Positions 1-9,744 of a DNA stretch of 64,000 bases are shown here, piece by piece. The position numbers and the translations under genes were made by a program. This stretch comes from an uncultured Acidimicrobiales bacterium. Its GTDB lineage: Bacteria > Actinomycetota > Acidimicrobiia > Acidimicrobiales > AC-14. Below the pieces are notes generated by a model, which worked only from the letters and a program-made list of their open reading frames with translations, was not told where the DNA came from and did not search any database. Position 1 is the first letter of the stretch; every line of letters starts with the position of its first letter. The stretch is taken from assembly GCA_964479465.1 (NCBI GenBank), contig CAYZMG010000003.1:56812-120811 (forward strand), read 5' to 3'.

Positions 1-123
1 GAAGTCCTTGGGGTGGGAGAACAAGACGGCCCAGGAGTCCCCGATCCAGTCATGGAGGCTGATCCGGCCGTCGGTCGTGTCGGCCTCGAAGTCGGGCGCG
101 GTGTCGCCCAGCTGCAATCCCAC
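1..123 (-). CDS. peroxiredoxin, Prx6/1-Cys type (5' part only; gene continues past window start)
   Basis: Own reverse-strand translation from GTG 123..121 gives [41 protein letters not shown], a typical AhpC/TSA Prx6-type N-terminus. AGGAG lies just upstream. Absent from the ORF track because the window edge truncates it. Confidence 0.7.
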   Translation of the reverse strand, partial: MGLQLGDTAPDFEADTTDGRISLHDWIGDSWAVLFSHPKDF

Positions 124-165
124 CTGCTGCTCCTATCGTCTGACGTCCCTGCGAGTACGTCGACG

Positions 166-570
166 CTATCGCTCAGCGCGGGCCTTTACCTGTATGTCAT
201 CGAGCGCGGCCTGAAGCTTGCGGAAGCTCACCGGCTTGGTCAGGTACACGTCCATCCCCCTGGACAGGGCCACGTCCTCGTCGCCGGCCATGGACCGGGC
301 GCTGAGGCCGATGATGGGGGTCCGGTGATCGCGATTGTCGCGCTGGCGCCGGCGTATCGCTGCGGTGGCCTCGAACCCGTCCACGAACGGCATCTGGCAG
401 TCCATGATCACCGCCACGTACTGGCCCGTGGCCTCGGCCTCCGCCGCGCCCCGTCCGTCGTCGAGGGTCTCCACGTCGAAGCCCAGCTTCTCCAGGACGC
501 TCTGGGTCGTGAACCGGCTGACCCTCTCGTCATCGATGAGGAGTATCCGGGGACGCAGTGTGGCCGCCAT
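166..570 (-). CDS. stand-alone response-regulator receiver (CheY-like) protein
   Basis: ORF 166..711(-) carries receiver motifs ILLIDDE, VIMDCQMP, IIGLSA and YLTKP. Start moved to ATG 570 (MAATLRPRILLIDD). The longer ORF would overlap the divergent gene and adds only low-complexity residues. Confidence 0.8.
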   Translation of the reverse strand: MAATLRPRILLIDDERVSRFTTQSVLEKLGFDVETLDDGRGAAEAEATGQYVAVIMDCQMPFVDGFEATAAIRRRQRDNRDHRTPIIGLSARSMAGDEDVALSRGMDVYLTKPVSFRKLQAALDDIQVKARAER

Positions 571-651
571 GGTGATGTTGTCGACCGGTCCGCAGCCCGG
601 CTTGAGACAAACTGTGCGATACAGGGCCGTGCCCGGCGCCGTAGAACTGGT

Positions 652-1053
652 ATGCACGGGATCGCCCGACTCGCCGCCGCCACGTTCGTCCTCGCCGGGG
701 GATACATCCACTTCGACCTCTGGCGGGGCGGGTACCGCGCCATCGAGTACATCGGGCCCCTGTTCGTCGCCAACGCCGTGGTATCGGTGCTGCTGGTGCT
801 CGCCCTGCTGCTGCGCCCCGACGTCCGGGTGGCCATCGCCGGCGTGCTCATCTCCGTGGGCTCGCTCGCCGCCCTGGTGCTCAGCCGCACGACCGGGCTA
901 CTGGGCTTCACCGAGCGTGGCTGGAGCGACATGGCCGTGCAGGCCACCACCGCCGAGATCGGCGCCATCGTCGCCATTGCCCTGCTGATGGTCGCCCGCG
1001 GCCGGCCCACGCCGGCCCTGGCCCTGCTGCCGGCCCGCCGGCGACGCCGCTAG
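652..1053 (+). CDS. small integral membrane protein (hypothetical)
   Basis: C-terminal part of ORF 13..1053(+), starting at ATG 652. It has four hydrophobic helix-length segments (AAATFVLAGGYIHF, GPLFVANAVVSVLLVLALLL, VAIAGVLISVGSLAALVL, IGAIVAIALLMVA). The upstream part of the ORF is antisense to the receiver gene. Confidence 0.55.
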   Translation: MHGIARLAAATFVLAGGYIHFDLWRGGYRAIEYIGPLFVANAVVSVLLVLALLLRPDVRVAIAGVLISVGSLAALVLSRTTGLLGFTERGWSDMAVQATTAEIGAIVAIALLMVARGRPTPALALLPARRRRR

Positions 1054-1095
1054 CGCCGTCTCGCCGCCCTCCCGGGCGGTCCCTAAGCTGGCTCG

Positions 1096-2274
1096 ATGCG
1101 CAATGGGGCGATCATCGGGGATCTCCTCCGCCGCGCCTCCGTCACCGCTCCCGACCTCCTTGCCGCCGACATCGCCGCCGCCCTTCACGAGGCGGGCGGC
1201 CACCACCTCGTCCTCTACGTCGTCGACTACGAGCAGCTCAGCCTGCAGCCCGTCGGCATCGCCGTCGACCTCCTCGCCGAGAAGCCGACCGGCGTCGCCG
1301 TCGAGGGCACCCTGGCCGGCCGGGCCTTCCAGCTCCAGCAGGTCGTCACCGCCGAGGTGGACGACGGCTGGCGGGTCTGGGCGCCGATCCGCGAGCGGGC
1401 CGAGCGCATCGGCGTGCTGGAGTTTGGCTTCCCGGAGATCGACAACGAGCTGCTCGCCCTGTGTGACGACCTCGGCCTGCTGGCCGGCCACCTCGTCCAC
1501 ACCTCGGGCCGCTACACCGACCTGATCGAGCTGCGCCGCCGGCGCCGGCCCATGAACCTGGCCGCCGAGATGCAGTGGGACATGCTCATGCCGCCTCTCG
1601 CCTTCGCGTCGCCCGAGCTGGCGATCGCCGGCATCCTGGAGCCCGCCTACTTCGTGGCCGGCGACGCCTTCGACTACTCGATGAATGGCGAGCTGTTCGG
1701 CTTCGCCATCCTCGACGCCATGGGCCACGGCGTGCACTCGACCCTGGCCAGCACCCTGGCCCTTGGCGCGTTCCGCCACGGCCGGCGGCGGGCTCTCGAC
1801 CTGTCGGTCATCGCCGAGCAGATCGACGACGCCCTGATCGAGCACCTGAACGGCGACGGCTTCGTCACCGGGCACATCTGCCAGCTCGATGTGGCCACCG
1901 GCGGGTTCCGCTGGGTCAACGCCGGCCATCCGCCGCCGTTGCTCATCCGGGGCGCCAAGGTCGTCGGGGAGATGAACGCCGCGCCGTGCCTCCCCCTCGG
2001 CCTCGGCATCCACATCACCGAGATCGGCGAGGTCACCTTCCAGCCCGGTGATCGGGTGCTGTTCTACTCCGACGGTGTTGTCGAGGCGCGACCCAAGGGC
2101 GGTCCCGAGTTCGGTGTGGAGCGGCTCATCGACGACACCGAGGAGTTCATGGGCAGCAGCCTGCCGGTGTCGGAGGTGCTGCGCCGGCTCGTCCGACGCC
2201 TACGCGAGCACCGCGGCGGCGAGCTGGAGGACGACGCCACCCTCGTGTTCATGGAGTGGCAGCCCGGCCGCTAG
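1096..2274 (+). CDS. GAF-domain PP2C/SpoIIE-family serine phosphatase (RsbU-like)
   Basis: ORF 1096..2274(+). PP2C/SpoIIE motifs: GDAFDY, LDAMGHGVHS, NAGHPPPLL, FYSDGVVEA. The N-terminal ~150 aa look GAF-like. Confidence 0.85.
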   Translation: MRNGAIIGDLLRRASVTAPDLLAADIAAALHEAGGHHLVLYVVDYEQLSLQPVGIAVDLLAEKPTGVAVEGTLAGRAFQLQQVVTAEVDDGWRVWAPIRERAERIGVLEFGFPEIDNELLALCDDLGLLAGHLVHTSGRYTDLIELRRRRRPMNLAAEMQWDMLMPPLAFASPELAIAGILEPAYFVAGDAFDYSMNGELFGFAILDAMGHGVHSTLASTLALGAFRHGRRRALDLSVIAEQIDDALIEHLNGDGFVTGHICQLDVATGGFRWVNAGHPPPLLIRGAKVVGEMNAAPCLPLGLGIHITEIGEVTFQPGDRVLFYSDGVVEARPKGGPEFGVERLIDDTEEFMGSSLPVSEVLRRLVRRLREHRGGELEDDATLVFMEWQPGR

Positions 2275-2702
2275 CCCGCCGAGGGCTCGGTCAGCCTCCG
2301 GAGCGGCCCGTCCGGGCGCAGGGACAGGTCTTTGACCAGATGGACGATCGTCCCCGCCTCCGGGCGCGACTCGAAGCGCACCGAGTCGACCAGGGCGGCC
2401 ATGAGGGCCATGCCCCGGCCCCGCTCCTCCGACGGTCCGGCCATGTTCACTCCGAGGATGTTGTAGTCAAACCCCCGGCCGCTGTCGACCACCCGGATCT
2501 CGCAGGTGTTGTTCTCGATGACAAGGTGGACCTCGTACTGGTCGTCGGCGCCCGAGTGCTTGACGACGTTGGCCGCCGCTTCGGTGAGGGCCAGGACGAC
2601 GTCGCCGATCTCCTCGGCGACCACCCCCAGCTCTTCGAGGGCGGATGCGGCGATGTGGCGGACCACGGAGAGGGTCGATGAGTCCCGTGGAAGGCAGAGC
2701 AT
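2271..2702 (-). CDS. RsbW/SpoIIAB-like anti-sigma-type serine kinase (HATPase_c)
   Basis: C-terminal 143 aa of ORF 2271..3005(-), from ATG 2702 (MLCLPRDSSTLSVVRHIAA...). Carries LTEAAANVVKH and ERGRGMALMAAL motifs. Tail-to-tail 4-nt overlap with the phosphatase gene. Confidence 0.8.
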   Translation of the reverse strand: MLCLPRDSSTLSVVRHIAASALEELGVVAEEIGDVVLALTEAAANVVKHSGADDQYEVHLVIENNTCEIRVVDSGRGFDYNILGVNMAGPSEERGRGMALMAALVDSVRFESRPEAGTIVHLVKDLSLRPDGPLRRLTEPSAG

Positions 2703-2772
2703 GAGCGAGATCCTCACCGCTGGTCCTCTCACTGGGGGGTCCGGGGGTCGCTGACTTCGGGGATGCCGGGTC

Positions 2773-3971
2773 TCATGCGGGCGCCTCCCTTCGTTTCGAC
2801 GACCTACCAGGGTTCTTCCGCCCGCGCCGGACCACGAAACCACCGACAGTGACATCCGCGGGCGCGCCCAGGTATGCCGCCAGCCGCTCGGCCTCGACCG
2901 ACGCCAGATCGGCGACCGCTGCGGCGACAGGAGCGAAAGGGCTGATCTGCACCCGGAGGCGGCCCTTCTCCTCCTTGTACTCCCACACGCCGGCGATCTC
3001 CCCATCGACGAGGAGCACCGGTGATATCCACCCGGCCTTCCGGTAGACGAGGTCCTTCTCCGGGCCCGACAGCGGCCGCTCCCCGTTGCGCCGTGCGGCG
3101 ACGGTGTAGGGGTCGAACAGGGGCAGAAGGCGGACGGATGGTGCGTCGCCCGCCTTCACCTCCGGAGCGTCGGGTACGGTCCACGCCGGCTTCCCGCCCT
3201 CGACGTCCACCGCTACGATGCCGTGGTCGGCCGTGAGCACAGGCCGGACGGCCTTGGGCGCCACGCCCCACCAGCGGGCAAACTCCTCCTCGCGGGCCGG
3301 CCCGTAGACGGCGAGGAAGCGGCGCGCGACCTCGGCCAGCGACTCGACAGGGTCGAGCCGATCGAACGGGCCGATCCACTGGTCGGGAAGGGCGAACGTC
3401 ACCCGGTTACCTTCGCTCGGCCCGAAGCAGAGCCGGCCCTGGAAGGCCACCGGCTTGAGCACCGCTCCCCAGCCGGAGGCGAGAAGCGTCTCCCACTTGG
3501 CGTCGCCGAGCCGGCGGACCACCTCGGTGCCGAGCTCCTCGCGGGTCAGCTGACGCCCGTCGAGGGCGTCGGAGACGGAGTCGACCAGGGCGGGGACCTC
3601 CGCCGCCAGCAGTCCGTGGTACTTGAGCCACGGCCCGTCGAGGTCGAACGCCGGTTGGAGAGGGCGGCGGCGTAGAGCGGATAGTCCTCCGTCGTCAGCA
3701 GGTGCAGCGTGCCCCGCATGGCCCATGTCTTGACCAGCGAGCGGTCCGACCACAGGGCGGCGGCGATAGTGCCGGGCCTGAGCTCGTCCAGCCGCACGGC
3801 GGCGGCCAGCTCCGCCGACGACATGACCTGGGCGTGGAGCCCGGCGATGTCGGCCACCATCCGGTGGAAGGAAGCCGCCGGCAGCGGCGCATACAGGTGC
3901 TGGGCCCGCAACCGCCGGCGGCAGATCTCCCTCCAGGTCAGCGGGGCCTCTCTCCCGCGCTGGCCCCGCAT
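2773..3971 (-). pseudogene. AlkZ/YcaQ-like winged-helix DNA glycosylase, interrupted by a frameshift near 3655-3670
   Basis: The N-terminal part is in ORF 3546..3971(-) (…SLVKTWAMRGTLHLLTTEDYPLYAAAL). The remainder is in ORF 2773..3753(-) in another frame (…LQPAFDLDGPWLKYHG…LTREELG…RLLPLFDPYTV…ISPVLLVDGEIAGVWEY). The two halves abut, as expected for a single-base indel. Confidence 0.7.
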
Positions 3972-3980
3972 GCCTGCTTC

Positions 3981-4361
3981 CTACTGCTTGCGGGCGATGG
4001 CCCCGGCCAGCTCCTCCTTGTTCATCCTCGAGCGCCCCCTGACCCCGAGCCCCTTGGCCCGGTCGTACAGCGTCTGGCGGGAGTTGCCGGCGACATCGAC
4101 GCCGCCGTAGGTCTTGCCCCCCCTGCGGGCGGCGCGGCCGCCCTTGGCCGTCCGGGGGTCCGACGGGCCCTTCTGCTTCTTGGGCTGCCAGCGGTCACCG
4201 ACCTTCTCGAAGGAGTGCTTCAAGGCGGAGAAGGCGGTGCGGTGGGCCCGCTCGCCCTCCCCGTAGCTCTCGACCGCGGAGTCATGCGCCTTGGCCCACG
4301 TTCGGCGAGCCTTGGCCGGCGATCGCTTCAGCGTGCCCGGCATCTCGTTCTTGGCAGGCAT
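3981..4361 (-). CDS. ChaB-family protein with Rho-N-like C-terminal helix
   Basis: ORF 3981..4361(-). MPGTLKRSPAKARRTWAKAHDSAVESYGEGERAHRTAFSALKHSFEKVGDRW is the typical ChaB signature. The C-terminus MNKEELAGAIARKQ resembles a Rho_N/SAP-like motif. Confidence 0.75.
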   Translation of the reverse strand: MPAKNEMPGTLKRSPAKARRTWAKAHDSAVESYGEGERAHRTAFSALKHSFEKVGDRWQPKKQKGPSDPRTAKGGRAARRGGKTYGGVDVAGNSRQTLYDRAKGLGVRGRSRMNKEELAGAIARKQ

Positions 4362-4394
4362 GGGTACCTCCTAGAGGTTGCGAACCGCCCGTAC

Positions 4395-4859
4395 CTACCC
4401 AGGCCCGGCGCTGTTTATGACTGCCGACCACGGGCGGGGCGGCTCGCCGTCGACCTGGCGCTGGAACTCATCGAGGTACCAACGGCGGAACGCCACGCCC
4501 TCGGGTTGGGTGGCGAGGGTCAGCAGGTCGCCGGAGCGGCAGAAGTCGTCGGCCTCGTCCAGGAGGGCACCGAGCTGGCGGGCGGCGGCGGCGACGGCCG
4601 GCGGCATCTCATAGGAGAGGTCGATCGTCTCGTCTCCCCGCTCCAGGGCCGCCTCCGTCGCCAGCCGCGCTTCTTCGGAGAACGATCCGAACCGGCCCCT
4701 GAGCTCCTCGACCAGGGCGAGCAGCCGGGCAGGAACGTGATCGGAGCCCTCCTCCCGGATGAGGGCGAACTCCCGCAGCAGCTCGTCGGTGTGCTCGGAG
4801 GAGCGCTGCATGACGTCAAGGGGCAGCCCCAAGATGCGAACCGTGACGAGATCGCTCAA
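4395..4859 (-). CDS. hypothetical protein, third gene of the PP2C/RsbW-like operon
   Basis: In ORF 4395..5081(-). Proposed TTG start at 4859 overlaps the upstream TGA (TTGA); the alternative start is ATG 4811. Codon pattern is coding-like. I recognise no family (…LGLPLDVMQRSSEHTDELLREFALIREEG…). Confidence 0.55.
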   Translation of the reverse strand: MSDLVTVRILGLPLDVMQRSSEHTDELLREFALIREEGSDHVPARLLALVEELRGRFGSFSEEARLATEAALERGDETIDLSYEMPPAVAAAARQLGALLDEADDFCRSGDLLTLATQPEGVAFRRWYLDEFQRQVDGEPPRPWSAVINSAGPG

Positions 4860-5275
4860 ATGACTTCGACGTCCAGGATGTCGAAGGTGGGCGCGCTCTG
4901 GCCGTCGAGCTCGAACCACACCACCTTGCCGCCGGTGGTCCGGTCGGCGCCCCATCCGTCGGCCATCCGCTCGACGAGCAGGAGGCCGCGGCCCGTCCCC
5001 GACAGGTTGGAGTAGTGCTTGCGCACCGGCAGCTGGGAGTTCCCGTCGTGCACCTCGACACGCACTCGGTCGTCCCCGCATCGCACGATGACCTCCAACG
5101 GCGTGCCGCCGTAGAGGACGGCGTTGGCCACCAGCTCGCTCACCAGCAGGGTGGCGCTGGGGGTGAGGTGGTCGAGGCCGGCGCCGGCGAGGACCGACTC
5201 CACGAAGGCGCGGGCCCGGCCGGCGCTGACGGGCGCCGAGGCGAACGTCTGCCGGCGCTCGCTCACGGCCTTCAT
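4856..5275 (-). CDS. RsbW/SpoIIAB-like anti-sigma-type serine kinase (HATPase_c)
   Basis: ORF 4856..5275(-). Carries SAGRARAFVESVL, VSELVANAVLYG and GTGRGLLLVERMADGWG. Its ATG overlaps the stop of the upstream phosphatase gene (ATGA). Confidence 0.8.
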   Translation of the reverse strand: MKAVSERRQTFASAPVSAGRARAFVESVLAGAGLDHLTPSATLLVSELVANAVLYGGTPLEVIVRCGDDRVRVEVHDGNSQLPVRKHYSNLSGTGRGLLLVERMADGWGADRTTGGKVVWFELDGQSAPTFDILDVEVI

Positions 5276-7836
5276 ACGGGCGGCACCCGGGCGATCAGCA
5301 CGGCCATGTCGTCGTGGGGGCTCTCGGTGAAGAGGTTCCGCGCCTCCTCCTCGATGCGGGCGGCGAGGGTGGCGGCGTCGGTGCCGGCGGCCGCGGTCAG
5401 CACCCTGGCGATGCCGATCTCCTCGAAGAACTCACGGCCGCAGTGGCGCTCGGCAATGCCATCGGTGAAGCACACGAGCGCGTCGCCGGGGCCCAGCTCG
5501 ATCTCGACGTCGTGCAGCTCGATCTCGGGCGACGCCCCGATGAGGCTGCCGGCCCGGCCGACCGCCTCCACCTGACCTCCGGCCCGGGACACCAGCGGCA
5601 GGGGGTGGCCACCCGAGCACACCACGACGCCGGCGCCGCCCGGGCGGGGCTCGACAATGGCGACGGCGACGGTGCAGAAGCGCGGCTCGGTGAGCTCCCA
5701 CGCCGGCTGCTCGAAGGCTTGCAGGGCGGCGATGCGGTCGGCCTCGGCGGCGAGGAGCACCCGGTTCAGGTGGGCCAGGATGGCGGACGGCGTGGCCTCG
5801 TAGAGCGCGATCGAGCGGATCGTATGGCGGGCCAGCCCGGTGACGGCGGCGGCATCGACGCCCTTGCCCCGGACGTCGCCCACGACCAGGAGCCACCGCC
5901 CGCCGTCGACCGCGAACGCGTCATAGAAGTCGCCGCCGACCTCTACTCCTTCGCCGGCGGGGGCGTAGCGAGCACCGAGTTCCAGCCCCGGGATCGAGGG
6001 CAGGCTGGGGGGTAGGAGGCTGGCCTGGAGGCTGCGGGCCACCCGGCTGCGATCGGCGAAGAGCCGGGCGTTCTCGATGGCGGTGCCGGCGCGGACCGCC
6101 AACTGCTCGGCCAGCTGCAGGTCAGCCTGGTCCAGCGCGCGACCGGCCTCGGTGACGAGCGTCAGCACACCAACGGTTCGGTTCTGGGAGCGGAGGGGGA
6201 TGGCTGCGACAGACTCCGACCCGGCGCCGCCGGCGCCCTCCTCGATGAGAAGACGCAGATCCTGGACCTTGGCCGGGTCGACGTGGGCGACGGCGACCGG
6301 GAGGGGCCGGCCTCGCTCGTCGACGATCTGGATCGCGCAGCCGTCGGCCAGTCGGGGCACGGCCAGCTCGACGACCTGGGCGAGGGTGGTTTCGAGGTCG
6401 AGGACGGACGAGGCAAGGGTGGACGACGCCTCGGCGAGGAATGTCAGTCGTTCCTGCGAGCGCTCGGCCGCCATGCGGGCCTCGCGCTCGGCGGCGACGG
6501 CCTCCCGGGCGTCCTCGTAGAGGGCGGCCCGGCGGAGTGCGGTCGCGCACTGGGCGGCGAGGGCGGAGACGATCCGCTGCTCGGCGTCGCTGAACTCCCG
6601 CTCCTGCGGGAACCCGATCACCATCGCGCCGAAGGCGGTGCCGTCCTCGTCGATGAGCGGCGCCACCGCTACGGCGGCGGAATCGGTCATCGGGGTGCCC
6701 CGGAACACCGGGTACCGGGCGTCCCGGTCTTCCTGGCCGTTCAGCAGCACCATGCGGCCGGTGCGGATGGCATCGCTGGCCGGGAGCGATGCGGCCAGGG
6801 GGAAGCTGCGCCAGCGGGCCTTGATCTCCTCCCGGTAACCGATTTCGTGGACGATCTCGACCGTTTCCTCGTCCTCGGCCACGAGCAGGATGGATCCGGT
6901 GCACCCGCCGAGCGCCGGCACGCCCTCGGTGAGGACGGCCTCGGCCACCGACGGGGCGTCAACGGCCCGGATGAGCGACATGGTGACATCCTGGAGGCCG
7001 CGCAGGCGCATGGCGACGGTCTCGGCCTCGGCCCGCGTGGCCCGCTCGACGGCGAGGAGGTGGGCTCGCTCCTCGTCCGCCAGGCGGCGGGCGGTGATGT
7101 CGGTCATGCACCCGATGCGCCCGGTCACGTTGCCGGCGTCGTCGACGGTGACCTGGCCCCGGCCCTGCAGCCAGTGGACCGACCCGTCGGGCCAGATGAC
7201 CCGGTACTCCAGGTCATAGGAGCCCTTGGAGTCGAGGGCCCGTCCGAGCACGGCGAGGACGCGGTCGCGGTCGTCGGGGTGCAGCAGGGAGATCCAGGCG
7301 TGGGACGTGCCCTCGAAGGTGCCAGGCTGGAGGCCCAGCAACGTCTCGGCCGTCTCGTCGAGGGCGACCGCTGTTGTCTCCCGGTCCCAGCGGAGGATTC
7401 CCAGGCGACCGGCCGCCAGGGCCAGGCGCTGTTCGTCACGGGTGGTGCGCAGCTCGGTCGCCAGGCGGCGTTCGGCGGAGACGTCCTCGGCCTCGCCCAC
7501 CACGGCGACGACGTGGCCGCTGTCGTCGAATACGGCCCGGTGGACGATGGCGATCTCGAGCGTGTGCCCGTCCTTGTGGCGGACCGAGAACTCGCCCGAC
7601 CAGTCCTCGCCGACGCCGACCTTCTCCAGGATCTCCGTGGCCTGGCCGATCAGCGCCTGGGGCACCAGCAGTTCGACGGCGTCGCGGCCGAGTACCTCCT
7701 CTGCGCTCCAGCCGTAGAGCCGCTCGGCGCCCCGGTTCCAGCAGACGATGCTGCCCGCGGTGTCGGTCGCCACGACGGCCCGGCTGACGGCGTCGAGGAC
7801 GGCCGCCGGCGTGAGGGTGAGCACCCGCTCCGTCAC
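5272..7836 (-). CDS. multi-sensor PAS-PAS-GAF-GAF PP2C/SpoIIE-family phosphatase
   Basis: ORF 5272..7836(-), 854 aa. Two PAS-like segments (…IVCWNRGAERLYGWSAEEVLG…, …LEYRVIWPDGSVHWL…) are followed by two GAF-like segments. The C-terminal PP2C has GGDFYDAF, GDVRGKGVDAA, CSGGHPLPL and FTDGIAE. Confidence 0.9.
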   Translation of the reverse strand: MTERVLTLTPAAVLDAVSRAVVATDTAGSIVCWNRGAERLYGWSAEEVLGRDAVELLVPQALIGQATEILEKVGVGEDWSGEFSVRHKDGHTLEIAIVHRAVFDDSGHVVAVVGEAEDVSAERRLATELRTTRDEQRLALAAGRLGILRWDRETTAVALDETAETLLGLQPGTFEGTSHAWISLLHPDDRDRVLAVLGRALDSKGSYDLEYRVIWPDGSVHWLQGRGQVTVDDAGNVTGRIGCMTDITARRLADEERAHLLAVERATRAEAETVAMRLRGLQDVTMSLIRAVDAPSVAEAVLTEGVPALGGCTGSILLVAEDEETVEIVHEIGYREEIKARWRSFPLAASLPASDAIRTGRMVLLNGQEDRDARYPVFRGTPMTDSAAVAVAPLIDEDGTAFGAMVIGFPQEREFSDAEQRIVSALAAQCATALRRAALYEDAREAVAAEREARMAAERSQERLTFLAEASSTLASSVLDLETTLAQVVELAVPRLADGCAIQIVDERGRPLPVAVAHVDPAKVQDLRLLIEEGAGGAGSESVAAIPLRSQNRTVGVLTLVTEAGRALDQADLQLAEQLAVRAGTAIENARLFADRSRVARSLQASLLPPSLPSIPGLELGARYAPAGEGVEVGGDFYDAFAVDGGRWLLVVGDVRGKGVDAAAVTGLARHTIRSIALYEATPSAILAHLNRVLLAAEADRIAALQAFEQPAWELTEPRFCTVAVAIVEPRPGGAGVVVCSGGHPLPLVSRAGGQVEAVGRAGSLIGASPEIELHDVEIELGPGDALVCFTDGIAERHCGREFFEEIGIARVLTAAAGTDAATLAARIEEEARNLFTESPHDDMAVLIARVPPV

Positions 7837-7923
7837 AGAACGGACCCCGCCGTCATGAGGTTCGACGCCGCGTGGACACGACTCCAGTGTACGGAACAGA
7901 CGCTCGGAGGTCGGGGCGACCTT

Positions 7924-9744
7924 TCACCACGACCCCCCGCCCCCGCCCCCGCCGCCTCCGCCTGAAGAGCCGCCCGAGAACCCGCTTGATCCGGAGCCCG
8001 CGGGGGTGGCGGAGATGCTGCCGGCGGTGGTCACCGCGAAGCTGTCCATCGAGTGGGCGAAGCCGACCGCGGTGAAGTTGGACGACCCGCCGTACCAGCC
8101 GGGCTGCAGTTGGGCGTCGAGGCCGGCGAAGGCCCGGGCCCACTTCTCGGTGGCCCCGAACACGATGGCGTAGGGCAGGTACTCGGAGAACAGGTGCTGC
8201 TGCTCGGCGAAGCGGGCCCGGTCCTTCTCGGACTCGTCGATGAAGCGCCGGAAGCCGGCGACCCGCCGGAGCACACCGGTGCCCTTCGCCGTGCGGCGGG
8301 GCATGCGCTTGGCCGACATCAGGAGCAGGACGCTGCCGAGCACGAGGGGGACGGCGACCAGTGCGGCGTGGGTGACGGCCATGAGGGCGACCAGCAGGAT
8401 CAGCGACGCCACGACGGCGAAAGCGCCGATGACGTACCACTTCACCCTGACCTTGTCGGGCCGGCCCGCGAACCAGCCCTGGGCCACGGCGTCCTCATAC
8501 AAGGCCTCCTGCACTCCCTGAAGCCGGGTCACGAACGTGGTGCGCAGTGACGACAGCGTGACGTCCGAACCGTCCCGGAAGAGTCCGTCGAGCAGCAGTC
8601 GCTCGTAGCGCAGCAGGTCGCCGCTCTCCTTGAGCCTGGTGAGGGTCCAGTCCGCTTTGCCGAACCACCCCTTCTTCGGGATCTCGTCGATGCGCAGGTA
8701 GCCGCGCACGGCGAGGTCGATGATCGTGGCGCTGACGTCGAGGGTGTTCGCCGTCTCATCGACGAGGGTGCCGACCTGGCCCGGGCGGAAGTTGTCCGGC
8801 GGCGCGAACTCGACGGGCGTCTCCACGCCGCCTAAGGGCCCCAGCGACGGCCGGACCAGCTCCGCCTGGCCAGCCGAGGCAAAGGCGATGTCGACAGGGG
8901 AGCCGGCGAACGCCTGGTCGCGTCCGGTCCGCCACACCAGTCGGATGACGCCGAAGACGGTGACGAGCAGCAGGAGCAGGCCGGCGCCGGCGGTGGCCGG
9001 CGTGACCGAGAAGGCCCGGGTGAGGCTCCACCGCTCGTCGAGCACCGGGGCCGGCGGCGGTACGGCGCCCTTGGTGAACGCCACCACGACGGTGACGCCG
9101 TCACCGGCGGCGAGCCGGCGGTCGGAGAACGAGGAGGTCCTCCCGGCCAGAACGGCCTCGGCGCACGGCAGCCGTGAGCCGCCCTCCCCGCCGAAGCACG
9201 CCACCTCGATGATGTCGGCCGGCGTGGTCACGCGGATGGTGGCCTGCTCGATCGGGACCGGCCACTCGGTGCCGATGGCGTTCCAGTACAGCTCGTCGTG
9301 GCCCTCGAACCCGTTGAGGGCGCCTTCGATCCGGTAGGTGATGGTGTAGCGGTGGGCGCCGGTGATGGTCTTGTCCGGGTCGCCGATCTTCAGGCGGGCC
9401 TTGTTGGTGATGCTCTCCCGCTTGTACTGGTCGGGCGTGCCGGGGGAGCCCTCGACGGAGATGACCTTGAGCGGGTACACGCGCTCGTAGCGGCTGTCGT
9501 AGTCGAGGCGGACCGGGATCTCCCGGAAGATGCCGTGGCGGCTGTTGGAGGCGAAGTCGTAGTCGATGATCTCGGTGATCAGCAGGTCGCCGGTGGACTC
9601 GACGCGGATGTCGACGTCGTAGGCGGTGATGCGCTCGCCGACCCCCTGCGCGTTGTTTGTTGGCGCCCGGAGGGCGGCGACAGGGGTCGCGGGCAGGATC
9701 AGGCCGACCAGAATCAGCACGGCTGACGCCAACCGGCGCATCAC
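7924..9744 (-). CDS. DUF2207-like membrane protein with poly-Gly C-terminal tail
   Basis: ORF 7924..9744(-). It has an N-terminal signal/TM, a large extracytoplasmic domain, several TM helices in the C-terminal half, and ends in GGSSGGGGGGGGGGSW. Its start overlaps the upstream stop (TGATG). Confidence 0.8.
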   Translation of the reverse strand: MMRRLASAVLILVGLILPATPVAALRAPTNNAQGVGERITAYDVDIRVESTGDLLITEIIDYDFASNSRHGIFREIPVRLDYDSRYERVYPLKVISVEGSPGTPDQYKRESITNKARLKIGDPDKTITGAHRYTITYRIEGALNGFEGHDELYWNAIGTEWPVPIEQATIRVTTPADIIEVACFGGEGGSRLPCAEAVLAGRTSSFSDRRLAAGDGVTVVVAFTKGAVPPPAPVLDERWSLTRAFSVTPATAGAGLLLLLVTVFGVIRLVWRTGRDQAFAGSPVDIAFASAGQAELVRPSLGPLGGVETPVEFAPPDNFRPGQVGTLVDETANTLDVSATIIDLAVRGYLRIDEIPKKGWFGKADWTLTRLKESGDLLRYERLLLDGLFRDGSDVTLSSLRTTFVTRLQGVQEALYEDAVAQGWFAGRPDKVRVKWYVIGAFAVVASLILLVALMAVTHAALVAVPLVLGSVLLLMSAKRMPRRTAKGTGVLRRVAGFRRFIDESEKDRARFAEQQHLFSEYLPYAIVFGATEKWARAFAGLDAQLQPGWYGGSSNFTAVGFAHSMDSFAVTTAGSISATPAGSGSSGFSGGSSGGGGGGGGGGSW

